Shown here piece by piece: positions 14,621 through 31,497 of a stretch of DNA of 64,000 nucleotides; the first letter of the stretch is position 1, and every line of letters begins with the position of its first letter. Source of the DNA: the human T2T-CHM13v2.0 reference genome, Homo sapiens; NCBI RefSeq assembly GCF_009914755.1, contig NC_060947.1; one strand, written 5' to 3'. A program made the translations under genes and the position numbers. Below the pieces are notes generated by a model. It was not told where the DNA came from. It searched no databases and was given only the letters and a program-made list of their open reading frames with translations.

Positions 14621-15790
14621 CTGATTGTATTTTTGGATAACCTGTCTTTGAGCTTGCTGATCCTTTCTTCTGCCTGATCAATTCTGTTGCTGATGTCTTG
14701 TATTGCATGTGTCATTTTTTATTATACTTTTCAGTTCCAGGATTTCTGACTTTTTTTATTCCTTCAATTTCTCTGTTAAATTTCTTTGATAAACTTCTGA
14801 ATTGTTTCTCTGTGTTTTATAAAAGTTTGTTGAGTTTTCTTAAAATAGCTATTTTGAATTCTTTGTCTACCAGATCATTCACCTGCATGTCTTTAGGATT
14901 AGTCACTGGCACGATTTTTTGTTCATTTGTTGAGGCTGTCTTTCTTAGGCTATTCTTATTCTTTGCAGATGTGCATCCCTGTCTACACATTGAAGAATTA
15001 GGTATTTATTCTCATGTTCACAGTCTGGGTTTGTTTGTGACTGCTCTATTTCAGTGAGCTCGTTTAGAAATTGAGTGGGGCTGAGTGTGGTGGCTCATAC
15101 TTGTAACCTAGCACTTTAGGAGGCTGAGGCTGGAGGATTGCTTTAGGTCAGGAGTTCGAGACCCAGCCTGAGCAACATAGCAATACCCCAATCTTCCCCA
15201 CCCCACACACAAAACCCGAAAATTTAGCCAGGCATAGTGGCACACACCTGTAGTCCCACTCTGGAGGCTGAGGTGGGAAGACCGTGTGAGCCCAGCCAGG
15301 AGTTCAAGACTGCAGTAATCTATGATCGCACCACTGCACTCCAACCTAGGCAACAGAGACCATATCAAAAAGAAAGTGAAAGGACTGGCTGTTGTATTTC
15401 CTTTTAGCACGAGAGGGCGCCCTGAGCCCAGGTTAGACGCAAGTCTCATGCTGGCTCTGCTACTAATTAGTGGAGATCCACAGAGGGCACTCAGGCCATA
15501 CGGGAGAGTTTTCCGGTGTAAAAACCGTGGGTCCATGGTGACTTTCCGCCTGTGGTACTGCAGTGGCTTGCGGGTGGGGTCTCAGTCATAAAGAACCAAT
15601 CCCCTTTATGTGCAACTATGGTTTTACTCGTCTTTGCAGTCCAAAAGGGCTTCACAGTCTTGCTCATGGGTTCAGGTTTTCTTAACTCTTCTGAAGGTAA
15701 TTTCACGCATCGAGTTGTTACCTTGATGTTTCTGTGAGGAGATTATTGCTGAAGAGTCCTATTCCACCACTTTGCTCCACTCAGCATGCA
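14621..15790 (-). mobile_element. Older L1 ORF1/5'UTR fragments interrupted by an AluJ (about 15078-15375, plus strand)
   Basis: L1 ORF1-type T-rich antisense sequence; L1 5' end-like ctattccaccactttgctccactc. Confidence 0.6.
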
Positions 15791-16112
15791 CTACTTAATC
15801 ACAAGCAGGAGATGAAGGCCCGGAAAGAAGACAATAGAAGCCCAAACCCCTCTCCTCAACCTTTATCTAGTAGACCACAGTGTCCTTATAATTCAGCAGT
15901 CAGCACCTTTTCTTATAAACGCCAGATGGAAGAGATGCATATATAAGGAAGGGTATGTGGGAAGGGGCATGGGGCCAGCCACTCTCCAGGAACCTCCATG
16001 CGTTCAGCTACTCAGAAGCTCCTGATGGGCAATTCTAATATGAATATTTATCTCTTTTAATTCTTATCATTTTTCTATCATTTCTTGATGTTAAAATCTG
16101 CTTTAAAACACA

Positions 16113-17485
<1,373 letters not shown>

Positions 17486-18029
17486 TATTCTCAACCACAT
17501 TTTGTTTGACCTTATGAAAGATTTTATCTATTCTTAGTACTTTCTATTGAGTTTCTATTTTGACCATTGTGTTTATAATTTTTATGAGCACGTTTTGTTA
17601 TGATTGTTTTTCATAGAATCCTATTGTTACCTTATTTTTAAGTTTCTTTTTATTGATGTAAAATATACATATGTAATTTGCCATCATTACCATTTTTAAG
17701 TGTACAGTTCAGTGGTATATATACATAATGGAATACTATTTGGCCATAAAAAAGAATATTTTCATTTGCATCAACATAGGTGACACTGCAGGGCAATACC
17801 ACATGTTCTCACTCACATGTGGGAGCTAAAAGAGTGGATCTTGTGAAAATAGAGAGTAGAATCGTGGTTACCATAGTCTGGGGTGGGGAGGGTGGAGGTG
17901 ATGAAGGTGCCAGTTGGGACAAATGTAAACAAACGTAAAGATCCAGTATTAAATCGTAACTGCATAAAATTAACGGTAGTAGCCATCTCCTATTGTTATT
18001 GTGCTGAGCTCAAGTGCTGGGATTACAGG

Positions 18030-18655
<626 letters not shown>

Positions 18656-19088
18656 ATCTTATTGTTACTTTATTGATGCAGTATCTTCTTGAATCTTTAT
18701 GAAAATAGAAGTAAGAGCTTCCGATGAGTTCTGTTCTGAGCCATAGCTTTTTTTATTCTGGGATTATTATTTTCTTTGTTCATCTTTGCATATCCCTTCC
18801 ATATTTTAGGTTCTTTTTAAATGTCTGTTCATCCTTGGTTGCCCACTCACATTTAAGAAAAGGAAAGAAAAATCTGACTGTGGGCTGTATGTACATGGGT
18901 AAGCCTTCATTTTCAGGTGACCAAAAGAGGAATTGCCTACTATACATTAAGATCCCCAGAGGCCAGAGATCTTCAAGTATTCAGTGGGCTATATCCTCTG
19001 AGATGCCGAGCTGTTTGTGAACTGAAGTACAGAACTCTGGTGCTGAATTTGGAAGACCCTGAGGATTGTTGAGCAGGTGTGTACATAC

Positions 19089-19205
19089 CTGGCAGAGACC
19101 TGTTTACATAACCATTGACTGTGTGCATTTTAGGCCAGGCCCGAGCAGATGCAGCATCCCTATCCTGCATCAAGGAGTTCTTTGTTTCTGAGTGCCAACT
19201 TTTCC
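19089..19205 (-). CDS. F8: F8 exon 6 (117 bp: GKSWHSETKNSLMQDRDAASARAWPKMHTVNGYVNRSLP)
   Basis: atcag| acceptor and |gtatgt donor; ORF 18973..19224. Confidence 0.99.
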
Positions 19206-19555
19206 CTGATGAGAGAGAAGGCAAAGATAGAGTCAGCTAAGCATGTGTCTCATGAATGACCGCCTCCCCTTTCTCCTTCCCTGCTCCCAGTGTGCTCACA
19301 CCTTAAGCATTTTTGTCAGCAAAGTAGGCACACAGCACTTATCCTCTCAAAGTCAGTGTGAGGGAGGGAGAAGATAATTATGTAAAGGCAGACATCTCTT
19401 GCTCAAACTGATTTTCTCTCCCTCCATTTGTCCATGACAATAAGTGGGAATGGATAATAATAGAAGACAGAATATTGGTTAGCTTGAGGCATCAGGATTC
19501 AATTCTTTTTATTAGCTGAATTATTTAAAAGAAAGCTTATGAAAATCATCCTAGG

Positions 19556-19869
<314 letters not shown>

Positions 19870-20686
19870 CTAGGAAAAAGGCTGTCTGTCAGTCCCTGTC
19901 TCCGTTATAATTGCTTCATCCCAGCTTATATTTATGAAACCCCAGGAACCTGAAAGCTCCCTAACACTGTCTCTGAAATTGATAAGGGCTGAAGCACTGG
20001 AAATACTATTGAACAGTGACTCCCTGGAGTTACCCCTTTGTGTGAAGGACTGGTAGCTAGTGCTAAAACTTTATGAGGCAGCCATTCATTTGTTCATTCA
20101 TTCAAACACATATTTATTGAGCACTACTAATTGTAGACACTGATGATAGAGAGGAAGATACAGCCTCTGCTTTCAAGATGCTTACACTCTAGCTGGAATC
20201 GTCAGAGAAGCTGATAATTATAATAAAGAGTAAAGAGTGATATAATAAAGATGAGAGTAGGGTGTTACAGGGAGCAGAGAGGAGAAGAAATTTCACTTTG
20301 CTTGAAGGGAAAAAGATATGAGATCAAAGAAGATAAATATTAAATAAAGTAGAAAATACTGATATAGTATGATAAGGAATAAGCTCAAGATGCTGTGGAA
20401 ATATAAGCAGGCATCTAATCCAGACTAGAGGTCATCCTGGGAGAAGGAATTAAGGAAGGGGATAACTGAAGTAAGTCAGACTTAAAGAAAAAGGAGAAGC
20501 TTACTTAGTGTAAAGAGGGAGACAGATTTTTCCAGGCAGAGGAAACTGCATATGCAGAGGTCTCATGCAAGAAAAAGCATTACATATTTGGGTGACATGG
20601 AAGATAAGGCAGGAAATGGAACACAACAAGGCTGGAAATGTCACCAGAGAATAGATAATGCATTTTGCACTTTACCTTGAAATTGA

Positions 20687-20991
<305 letters not shown>

Positions 20992-21638
20992 AAACTGAAG
21001 TATTGTAGAGGCTAGAGTGACAAGATCAGATACTCACTTCAGTAAGCTTCCTTTGAGAGTTATGAGACAGATCATGAGGGCCTCAATTAAGAAGATGGCA
21101 ATGTAAATTGATAAGGGGGCAAGAAGAATATTATGTTACTATGATTACATAGTGATTACATTAGGAGGAGGAGGAAGAGGCGGAGGTACTAACACTATTG
21201 AGGGCCTACTCTATGCCACACAGTGCTCTAGGTTACTTAAGTGAAATCACTCAGCACTCACAACAATCTTATGAAAAATGTACTATTATTTCCATTTAGG
21301 AAACCGAGACACAGAGAGGTTAAATAACTTGCCAAAGGTTGTGCACTTAATAATAGATGAAGATAAGAGAAAGTATTTAGAAAGTAGAGCCCAAAGTATT
21401 TGTTGACAGTCTTAATGAGGGGGATGAGGCCAGTCCGTTATCCAGCTCCTCTATCTTCTTACCTCATAGCTGCCAGTGGAACTGAGGTTACGTTTTGTTT
21501 TCTTGGAATTCATTTTTAACCCCATCTCCTTCATTCCTGAACAGTAATGTAATTTATGATCTTTCTATAATCACCTCCTCTTAATAGTAGCAGAGGATTT
21601 CTTTCAGGAATCCAAAATTCAGATTAAGACTCACTAAC

Positions 21639-21707
21639 CTTCATCAAATACAGCAAAAAGTAGTATAAATTTGTGCAAGGTCTGTGTCTTTTCCTTGGCC
21701 AGACTCC
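21639..21707 (-). CDS. F8: F8 exon 5 (69 bp: GSLAKEKTQTLHKFILLFAVFDE)
   Basis: tttcag| acceptor and |gttagt donor; translated by hand, in phase with exons 4 and 6. Confidence 0.98.
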
Positions 21708-23639
21708 CTGAAAAAGAAGTGAGAACATTTATCTTCTATTTAAAAAATCTCATTGTAGGAAATTGTCACTAGGAGGAGACAGTTCTTCATCAGTTACTTG
21801 ACAGTAAGAACAAATGTAGTCTTCTGTCTCTTGATAACTTGGCTTTGATGTCAGGTCTCCTATAGCAGTGTTTCTAAAACTATCTGGAGCAAAGAATTTT
21901 TTTATTTCAACTTTGATGAAGACCACTACTTGTGTAAAATATGATAAAAATGAATTACTAAAGAAAAAAATTAAAAACACTTACAAAATACAAGCCCTCA
22001 CACACTGTGTGATAATAGTGAAATTATAGATAATTTCTGTTACTCTTGTAACTTTTTATACTTCTGCAATTGTAAATTAAAAGTTTTGAGTAAAATAGCA
22101 ATTGTCCATATTAAACATCTATACTCATGATTTTTTTTCAATAGCCCACAGTGCTTCTAATTATACTCACATTTTAAATAAATACCGTGTATATCGATAG
22201 CTGAAGTTTTTAATGGAACAAACTAGCTTGTTTCATGCTTTAACTGTTGAGCTTGTTGGCTATCTTTCTTAGAATTATATATTTTTTAAATTTGACTGGA
22301 AACTTTTGTTTACAGGCTTATTTTGAGTAGAAAGATTTTTGTTTATGACATTTTGCCGTTCTTTCTCTCTCTCGCACCCTTAATGCTTAGAAATAAAAAT
22401 TAGCTTGGACTAAGAAAGCAACAGTACGTGTGCTGCTACTCATCAGGCTGGGATAAGAGACATAGATAAAGCTAACTGCAGAGTTAACAACACCATTTCT
22501 CCCAAGGACACATTGCCACTGTATAAACTCACTGAATGCCAACTATTTGCTTTGATTATCTCTTGCTTTCTTACTCAATTGAGTTGTTTGTTCTCTGAAT
22601 TCACAGCCTGCCAGAAATGTTTGAACTAATAGCAACAAGAATGAAACATCTCATTCTTTCCTAGGTCATCTAAATTACTTTGACACAAAGAAGCAGCTCA
22701 ATTTAAAGCTCAAGCTTCAGGTAAGGGGTGCCTTGACTTAACCTTTCATGTCTATGTTAACTTTTTAGAACACTTCACAGTCTAGACCTCATGGTTATTT
22801 CTTTACACACAACTCTACTTTGCTTCATTTAAATATCACCTAACCTCCACCCTTCCCCAAAATTCTTTACTAACTCTATACAGTATTTCCCTTTGTTTAG
22901 GGAGGTGTCCACAGTCTCTTGTTGCCATGAGCCAATAAATCTGACTTTGTTGAACTATAGTGATCTTTGCTGTCCCTTGTGATCATTGGTTGATTAAGCA
23001 AAGGATGTGTTCACTATTCTCTATCTAGCAAATCATACCCTAGAATGGAATTTTGGAGATACTGGCCAATGGAAACCTTGGGGATATTGCAGATTCCCCC
23101 ACTGAACCAAGAAAACTTAGTTCAGTTCCTATTCTAGGACTGGGTTTGCTTTCCCCTCTTCTAGGACTCTGAGTTTCCACAAAGCCATGGCCCTAAACAA
23201 AGAGTGAGCAGCAGCTGTGCTCAGCTCTCTTTCAAGTGAAGAAGAGCCCAACTCTATGATATGGGCTCTCAGTCCCTCTGGTGGGGAGCACTATTTATCC
23301 TTGTCATCCTGACTCCTTGGCTACCGCAGCTGGCTTCCTGACCCAGATCTCAGTTGGCCTGTAATTTCCACCCCTTTTACTACTCACAGTTCCTGTTCTG
23401 CTTCTGGTCCACAAATATTTATCTTCTTTTTCAGCTGACCATGCCTATTCGATTTTCTCTATTTATGGTTTACCTATCTTTGTTGTTGGTTTTCAGCGAG
23501 GTTGGGGTTGAGGTGGAGGATGGAAAAATGGCTAAGTAGGAAGACCCTGTGCCATCTTTACCAGAAGTACTGGATTAAAAACTTTAGAGACACATTTAAA
23601 ATACGTATAAAGCTGTCTTAAAACATTCTAATTACTTTT

Positions 23640-25945
23640 ATATAAATTTTCAATTATAGTGAAATTGACTTTTTCTTTTGGTGTATAGGTCTATAACTTT
23701 TAACAAAGATATAAGCTCATGAAACCCCATCATCGTCAAGATACAGATCCATTTCAATATCCAAAAAGAACTCCCTCCTGCTATCCCTCTATAGTGTACA
23801 TCTAATTTCACAAGAAACTGCCAGAGACTGTTTCTCTACCAAGCAGCAAAACTGCCATTCTGTTTTCCAGAATGGCTATACCATTGTGCATTGTGAAACT
23901 TTCTGTTGCTCTGAATTCTTGACAGGATTCTTGGCAATTTTATATTATTATTTTAGCTATTCTAATAGATACATCACTGTTGATTGAATTTGCATTTCCC
24001 TAATGGTTAATGATGTTGAACATCTTTTCATATGTTTGTCCATATAACTCTTGCTTTATAAAAGACACCATTAAAAGAATGAAAAAACAAACTATAGAGT
24101 GGGAGAAAATATTTGCCAATCACATAACTGGCAAGGGATTTATATCCAAAATGAATTTCATATTCAGACTTAAGTTCCATCCCCAAGCTATCTCATTATA
24201 TATGTGCAAATATTCCAGTATCTGAAATCTGAAACGTTCTTGGTTCCAAGCATTTCAGGTAAGGGATACTCAATCAGTATTTTGCATGCAGATATTCACC
24301 TGTTTCAGCACTGTTTATTGAAGACACTATTCTTTCCCCTATTGAATGGTTTTGGCACTCCTGGCAAAAATCAATGTTGTGATTACAGATTTGTACTACT
24401 TCAACTTTCTTCATATTCATGTTTGCATCATATATCCTTTTCCATCTTTATGCTGGTAACCTACCTATATCATTTTTTTGAAATGAGTTTCTTGTAAACA
24501 ACATATAATTGGTTCAAGCTTTTATATCCAGTATGCTAATCTCTGTTTTTAATTGGTGTGTTTTAGCCATTTGCACTTAATGTAAGTATTGATATGTTTA
24601 GATTTAAGCCTATCATTTTATTATGATTTTACTGCTTCTTCTCTCTGATTTTCATCTCTCCTTACTTGCCTTCTTTTGAGTTATTTGAATATTTTTGATA
24701 TACCATTGTAATTAGTTTATTGTGACTTTTTACTGTGTCTCTTGGTATAATTTTTTATTGGTTGCTCTAGGGATTACAAAATACATACTTAACCTTTCAC
24801 TATCATCTACTTAGAGTCAACATTTTACCATTTGAATTGGAATGAAGTTGAATGGACCATAAAGTTTTCCTTACCCTCCTCTTGTTATGCTATGATTCTT
24901 TTATGTATTGTATCTACCATACATTAAAAAACCTATCTCACAATGTTCTATCTTTGCTTTCAGCCATCAGACATGTTTTAAGGAATTCTGTGGGCGTTAG
25001 TTTCAGATGAAAGTATGATTTCTCATATACTGAGTTCAGTTTCATAGTCATAATTAATGAGAAAGTGCCAAAACCACAGTGTGTTATTTATGGGACGTAA
25101 AGGCTAATGGAACATGTTGAAGACTGTGAAACTGAGATTTCCCCTCAAGCACCAGACTGGCCACTGCGTTGGACTCAATGGCACTGCAAGGGGTTTAAAA
25201 CAGATCTGACACTGAAACTACATACCTGGATGTGTAGGTTGGGGGTGAATCCAGGAGTTAATGCACAACTTTATGGGTTTACTTTCCTGGGATCTTTTCT
25301 CTCTGTCATCTATAAACTTTCCAGTTCTGTGAGCTCCCTTTTTTGGTTTTCTAACCAGAAGCTTCCAATTTCCACAACTACATCATAGCTAAGGTCAAGC
25401 AATGGAAGGGGAAAGACAGAGAGAAAGTAATGTGCTTTTCCCCCAATGTCTTAGATCTGTAGCTGTACTGAATGAAGAATAATGTTCCCCTCCCTAAGTT
25501 TTTACTCCGGCAGGTTTCTGTTGCCAGCCACTGTCATTGCCACAGGCAACCTGGGACTGAAGCTTGAGAGAATGGTGGAAAAGAGGACAAAAACCCTAGG
25601 GGATTTCCCCTCCCACGCTCTCTGAGCATTTAGAGTTACCTTTCTCACTCCTTGAAACCCCAGAGGGTTTGTCCTGGAGCTCTCTTTGCAACATAGTACT
25701 CACTTCGAAGTCTCCAGTTATGTTTTAATTCAGGTTAAGGAATACTAGAGTGGGGAAAAAGGTATACTCCCCCACAAGTTTGGTAATACTTTCAATTCTA
25801 GTGTCTTTTCTCTATATACTTGTTCTATTTGCTTTTTAGAAATTTTTAAATATCTGGGCTTTGCATTTTGTCAAGGTTTTATAGTTAAGTTCAATGGGAA
25901 ATAAAGGGTGGAGTGTGTTTATCCATTTCACCTGGAACTAGAACC
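23640..25945 (-). mobile_element. Old fragmented L1 with an inverted segment (about 24050-24150) and a Tigger4/MER46 piece (about 24155-24278)
   Basis: EWEKIFANH on plus inside the antisense L1; aagcatttcaggtaagggatactcaa Tigger4 terminus. Confidence 0.62.
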
Positions 25946-26269
25946 TCTGTAGACTCTTTAGTTCAACTCTGTGTCAAAGAATCATTTGGGTTTTTAACTT
26001 ATTTCTTTATATGTCATATGTAAACACTAATGTTTTGATGATCTCATTGTTCCATTAGCCTTTACATCCCATAAATAATACACTGTGGTTTTGGCACTTT
26101 CTCATTAATTATGACTATGAAACTGAACTCAGTATATGAGAAATCATACTTTCATCTGAAACTATTATAAACTACAAACCTTTCTCATCTTCTCCACTCC
26201 CCGCTCCCATCCTTTTTTTGAATCACATTCATCATCACCATTCAGAAAGAGTATGGTGATTCCTGTTAA

Positions 26270-26705
26270 TAAATTCTTTGCCTATTCCCCATCAAAAGGT
26301 GGAGTCTCCCTTTATAGACTGGTCTTAGTGATGCATTCTAACTAATAGAATGTAGGTTATGTGAGTGATTTCCAAGGTTACATTAGAAATCGTGAAACAG
26401 CTTCTAATGGGCTATCTCAGGACCATATAAGAAGTCTGGCTACCCTGTAAAACCCATGTGAGAGAGATCATGTGGAGAGTACCATCAAGCCAAGGTCAAA
26501 GACATGTGAATAAAGTCACCTTTGGGATGATTTCAGCTCTAGCCACTGTTTGACTACAGCCTCATGAGACACACTTAGATAGGCCACCAAGTCAAAACAC
26601 TGACAAATTCCATGAGACTCACAGAAACCATGAGAGATAATAAGAGACTGTTGTTGTTTTAAGCCACTAAATTGTGGAGTTATGCAGTAAAAGATAAATG
26701 GAACA
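26270..26705 (+). mobile_element. MLT1 LTR
   Basis: cacagaaaccatgagagataataa...gttgttttaagccactaaatt. Confidence 0.72.
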
Positions 26706-27337
26706 AGGAAAAGGTACAGTGAAGCTGATTTCACCATAAAAAATAGGATAAAAACAAATTATGCAAAATTTACTTCCCTAATTTATGCTAAGGTATAAAT
26801 TAAAAACAGGTTTGATTAGAATTATTTTAGAATATATTAATTCAATCCAAATTAATTAATTTTCAGTAACATATAAATAAATGCTGACTTTTCTTAGATT
26901 TTTATATACTTTTGGTTTACAGATGACAAACTAACCACCTGAACCAGTCTATATGCCATTGATCACACACTTGGATGTGTTTACCTCCATGAAGTTTTCA
27001 AGGAACCTAGCTCAAAGTTTGCAAAAGGCAGAGGACAGTAGAAATCACTACTGATAAAGCCCACAGATTTGAAGAGGAAAATAGCAATGCTTTGAGGAGA
27101 GAGATTTAATTCTGGAACTCAGCTCCTCCTGATCCCAGCTTAGAGTTTATTGTGGTTATATAGAATGCATATCTGCTTCTCTCAGAAACTGGATTATTCT
27201 CCTTTCCATGAGCATGATGCTAGAGTAAAAAAGCCTCTTTCAGGTGAAGGAACACAAATGCTAACTGTTATAGATAGATTCAGTTGTTTGTACTTCTCTG
27301 CTTATTTCATCTCAATCCTACGCTTTCATACACTTAC

Positions 27338-27550
27338 CTTCTCTACATACTAGTAGGGCTCCAATGAGGCCTGAATTCAAGTCTTTTACCAGGTCCACAT
27401 GAGAAAGATATGAGTAGGTAAGGCACAGTGGGTCAGAGGCCATTGGACCATTCTCTTTCAGGACCTGCCAGACATATGTATGGCTTCCACCAGGGAAGAC
27501 TTTATCATCTTCTTTCTCCCTTTGACTGGTCTGATCATCATATTCAGCTC
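27338..27550 (-). CDS. F8: F8 exon 4 (213 bp: GAEYDDQTSQREKEDDKV...GLIGALLVCRE)
   Basis: tatag| acceptor and |gtaagt donor; ORF 27318..27629. Confidence 0.99.
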
Positions 27551-27661
27551 CTATAGCAGGAAGAAATAAAATTGTCCTTTCTATATCCACTGTACACTCA
27601 AAGAAACATGTCAAGTTTATTGTCACCAATAGGTTCTACATAAGAAACGGACTTTCTGCAT

Positions 27662-27953
27662 CTTTGTTGTTGTTGTTGTTGTTGTTTTGAGACGGAGTCT
27701 CACTCTGTTGCCCAGGCTGGATCTCGGCTCACAGCAACGTCCGCCTCCCAGGTTCAAGTGATTTTCCTGCCTCAGACTCCCCAGCAGCTGGGATTACAGG
27801 CACGTGCCACCATGCCCGGCTAATTTTGTATTTTTAGTAGAGATGGGGTTTCATCATGTTGGTCAGGATGGTCTTAAACTCCTGACCTTGTGATCCACCC
27901 GCCTCAGCCTCCCAAAGTGCTGGGATTACAGGCGCGAACCACCACACCCGGCC
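27662..27953 (-). mobile_element. AluS with (TTG)n tail
   Basis: TSD actttctgcatctt on both sides. Confidence 0.92.
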
Positions 27954-30017
27954 TACTTTCTGCATCTTAATTTGAAAAACTAACAAGCAGCAGCCACAAA
28001 TGGGGAGAAGCTTCATATACTCCAGAGGATCTTGAGATCACTAACCCTAGCATGAGCAGTAAAAACTAGGTTCTGGTTGATATCTCCACATTCTGTTAAA
28101 TAATAAATTGCTTCCATTATTGCATCTTTTTGCCTAATTCAATTCAACAACAAATACACTTTGTCACAGACTCTTTGGTAGGCACTAGTGAGGGTCACGG
28201 AACAGTAAGAAAGAGAGATTTAAGAAAATTTCTTAAACTTTGTTCTTTCCTAGTGGTACAACACTATGTTTGGTGGGGGACATAGACATATAAAGATATA
28301 ATTATAATACCATGTGGAAATATTCACCTATTTATTCACAAATATTTATTGAGTTCTTATTCTTTACCAGACTCAGCTACAAGCTGAAAATATAAAGATC
28401 AAGATAGAAGTCTCTATGCCCTTGGAGCGAGCAACACAGTGGATAAAAAAAGTAAACAAGCTTCCTACTCTTCAGTAATGCTTGATGAAGGAGGTGGAAT
28501 TTGAGATGAATCTTGAAAGACAGATATATTTGTGTTCTTTTTCATGTGTTTAATATAAAGAATTTAATATTTTTGTGAGTGGATGTTAGAAAATTATTCT
28601 TAGAATTGCACTGCTACTTTCACTTTTTTCTTTCAACACACTTTTTATGATGATGCATTTTAATGTACATTACAAATTTCATGATAGTCCACTCCTATAT
28701 ACTTTAGAAGTCATCTTTAAAAAAAAATTGCCCACATAAACAAAATGACACTAGCACACCTGATCCAGTTAATATCACCTAATATCAATGCAATATTCAA
28801 ATTTTCTTAATTGCCTCAAAGGCATCCTTTGTAGCTAGTTGGTCCAAATCAGAATCCAACCTAAGACTGCAGATTGCATCTGGTTGTTTAGGCCCATAGT
28901 CTCTTTTAGTATGGAGTAGTCCCTTTTTTTCTGACACTCATTTGGTGAAAGAAATTTGGCTTGTAGTCCTGTAGAATATCCCATGCTATTGAATATGCCT
29001 AAGTTCTGATTAGATTCAAATTAAATAAGTTTTTTGGCTAAAATATATCAAAGATGATGCTGAGTCCCTCATATTGTGCCATATCAGGGGCAGATAATAT
29101 CTGGCCATCCCATCCTTAGTGACACTAAAACTGACCTGTGGATTAGCCTGATACCTCCATTCTAAAGTTAACATTTCCACTTACAATCAGAAAAAAATCA
29201 CTGGGATATTATTTTGGCGCCATACAAATGTCAAATTCCACATCAGGAATTCACCTAATGATTGTAACATCAGCTTGGATGTGTTTGAAGCCAATCCTAG
29301 ACAGGATATCATTTCATTTATGAGTATTACAATATGTATCTCTATTATATAAGTGTTGTTTTTAATGTGATCATTATTTTTTCAATGATCAATTACTTTG
29401 AACTTTGACAATGAGAGCCTTTTCCTGCCAGCCCCATAGAGGAGTACAGACTGTATGTAAAATGCTTAATTTTGTAAAATAAATTAAGCAAAGATGACAA
29501 AATGTTAAGATTTGGCAAAGTGAGGTGATGGGCACATGTTTGTTTGTTATATTATTTTCTGTATTTATCTTTGTTTGAAATATTTCATTAGGAAAAAAAT
29601 ACCCTTTTTCCCAAGGCTCACGTTGTGGTGGGGGCAGGGGCGGGAGCACATGTTGGAGGTTCAATGAGAGGCTAACAATGTGTGAAACATTATAGCTGTC
29701 TTGGGGAGAGGGAGAGTAAATGGATTAGGGGAAATGTAGCAGTAGAATGGCTAGGCAATGCTGAAGGCCCACCTGAGGTGAGATACCATTCAGTGTGATT
29801 GCGTGATTTTTATTTCAGCTATGTCCATCCCTTTGGTTGTTGGTAGAATAGGTGGAGAACAGATTTAACCAAGGTAAGTGACCCAGCCCAGAAAGATTTG
29901 AGTCTGTTCCTCTCCAGGAATGGGTTGAACCTAGTTTTCCTTGGACAGAAGAACTTGGCCAAATCTGAGATGAGCCACTGCATCAGGAGCAGCAACTTCA
30001 ACATATGCTAAACATTT

Positions 30018-30311
30018 CACTGTTCAATAGAAATATAATGCAAACCACATATGTAATTTTAAATTTTCTGGTAGTCACATTAAGAAAAGTAAAAAGAAAC
30101 AGGTGAAATTATTTTAATAATGTATTTCGTTTAACCTAGTATATCCAAATATAAGCATTTCAACTTGTACTTATAAACAATGAATGAGATATTTTTAGTC
30201 TTTTTTGTACTTAACCTTTGAAATCTGGTGTATATTTTACAGTATGTCTCAAGTAGGACTCACCACATTTCAAGTGCCTGATAGCTCATGGCTACCATTT
30301 GAACTGTGCAG
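30018..30311. mobile_element. MER33-like hAT-Charlie element
   Basis: caatagaaatataatg...ccacatatgtaattttaaattttct...aaaaagaaacaggtgaaatt. Confidence 0.75.
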
Positions 30312-31374
30312 TATAGACTCTATGGTTGGTGTCCCCTCATTGGATAAGATGTGGCCATTTGGGGGTCCCAAAAGGTGTTACCTTTTCTGATGGGTTTAAC
30401 TTGAGCTGGATTTTAAAATATTATCTCCCCATAATTGTGATTTTAAAGCTCTTATCTCTCCCTGATGTCAGCAGAAAAAAAAAGATAAAATTGCATTGGC
30501 CACTCGTTTCTCCACCAATTTTTGGAAAATTTCCCCAATGTTGAACTACGAATACATGTAACTCTTTAAGATATAGCCAAGCCGAGACCCTCCAGATTTG
30601 CCATGGCTTCCTGTCTCTGATTATACAGCTACATGTTTAGGGTAGGATCAGTGGTATAGAAGGAGCAGATAAAGGTAGATTGTCCTGCCTTTGCACCATG
30701 CCTGCAAAGAGCTAGGCAACTAAGAAAAGGACAAGACCAACACCCCCTTAAGACTCCTATAAGATCCATGGCCCACATGATATACATGAAGTAGTAGAAT
30801 CTTGATTTTATTATATTTGGGCTCCATCCCCTAAGTATAGGATTACCTGGTAATAATAGGTCCTTTTTCTCATAAATTTCAAAATGCTAGTGCAAGTACT
30901 CTCATTGGCCTAGCTTGGGTAAGGTGCCCATCTCTGGACCAATCAACTGTGGCCAAGGAGGTGGGATACCCGTGTCAACTGCTCACTCCTAGATCAACTG
31001 CTATGGCTAGGGAGGCATGGGCTTTAAGAAAATGGCAGGTTCTGTTTGAAGTATATTCAGAAAAGCAATTCCTAGGGGGTATACAGGTGAGAAATGTTTA
31101 ATTTTAGGAAGAAAAAATGACTGGTGTCCACTACACCCTCATTCTTGTATTGAGTATCTACTATAGGGTAGGCAATATGTTATATGCTAAGGACACAGCA
31201 ATAAATAAGATGGATTTCCCTATCTTGAGATATTTATAATCTAGTAAATGTTAAGAAATACACATAATGTTCAGTTAGGACCTTAAAAGAGTTGTAACGC
31301 CACCATTACAAAGCACACACATCTCACTGTTCTATTCATAGAATGACAGGACAATAGGAGGGTATTTTACTCAC

Positions 31375-31497
31375 CCTCAGAAGCTTTCCAGTAGGATACA
31401 CCAACAGCATGAAGACTGACAGGATGGGAAGCCATGTTCTTAAGTGTAATGACCACTGTATCATAAACCTCAGCCTGGATGGTAGGACCTAGCAGAC
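31375..31497 (-). CDS. F8: F8 exon 3 (123 bp: GLLGPTIQAEVYDTVVITLKNMASHPVSLHAVGVSYWKASE)
   Basis: tacag| acceptor and |gtgagt donor; ORF 31367..31684. Confidence 0.99.
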
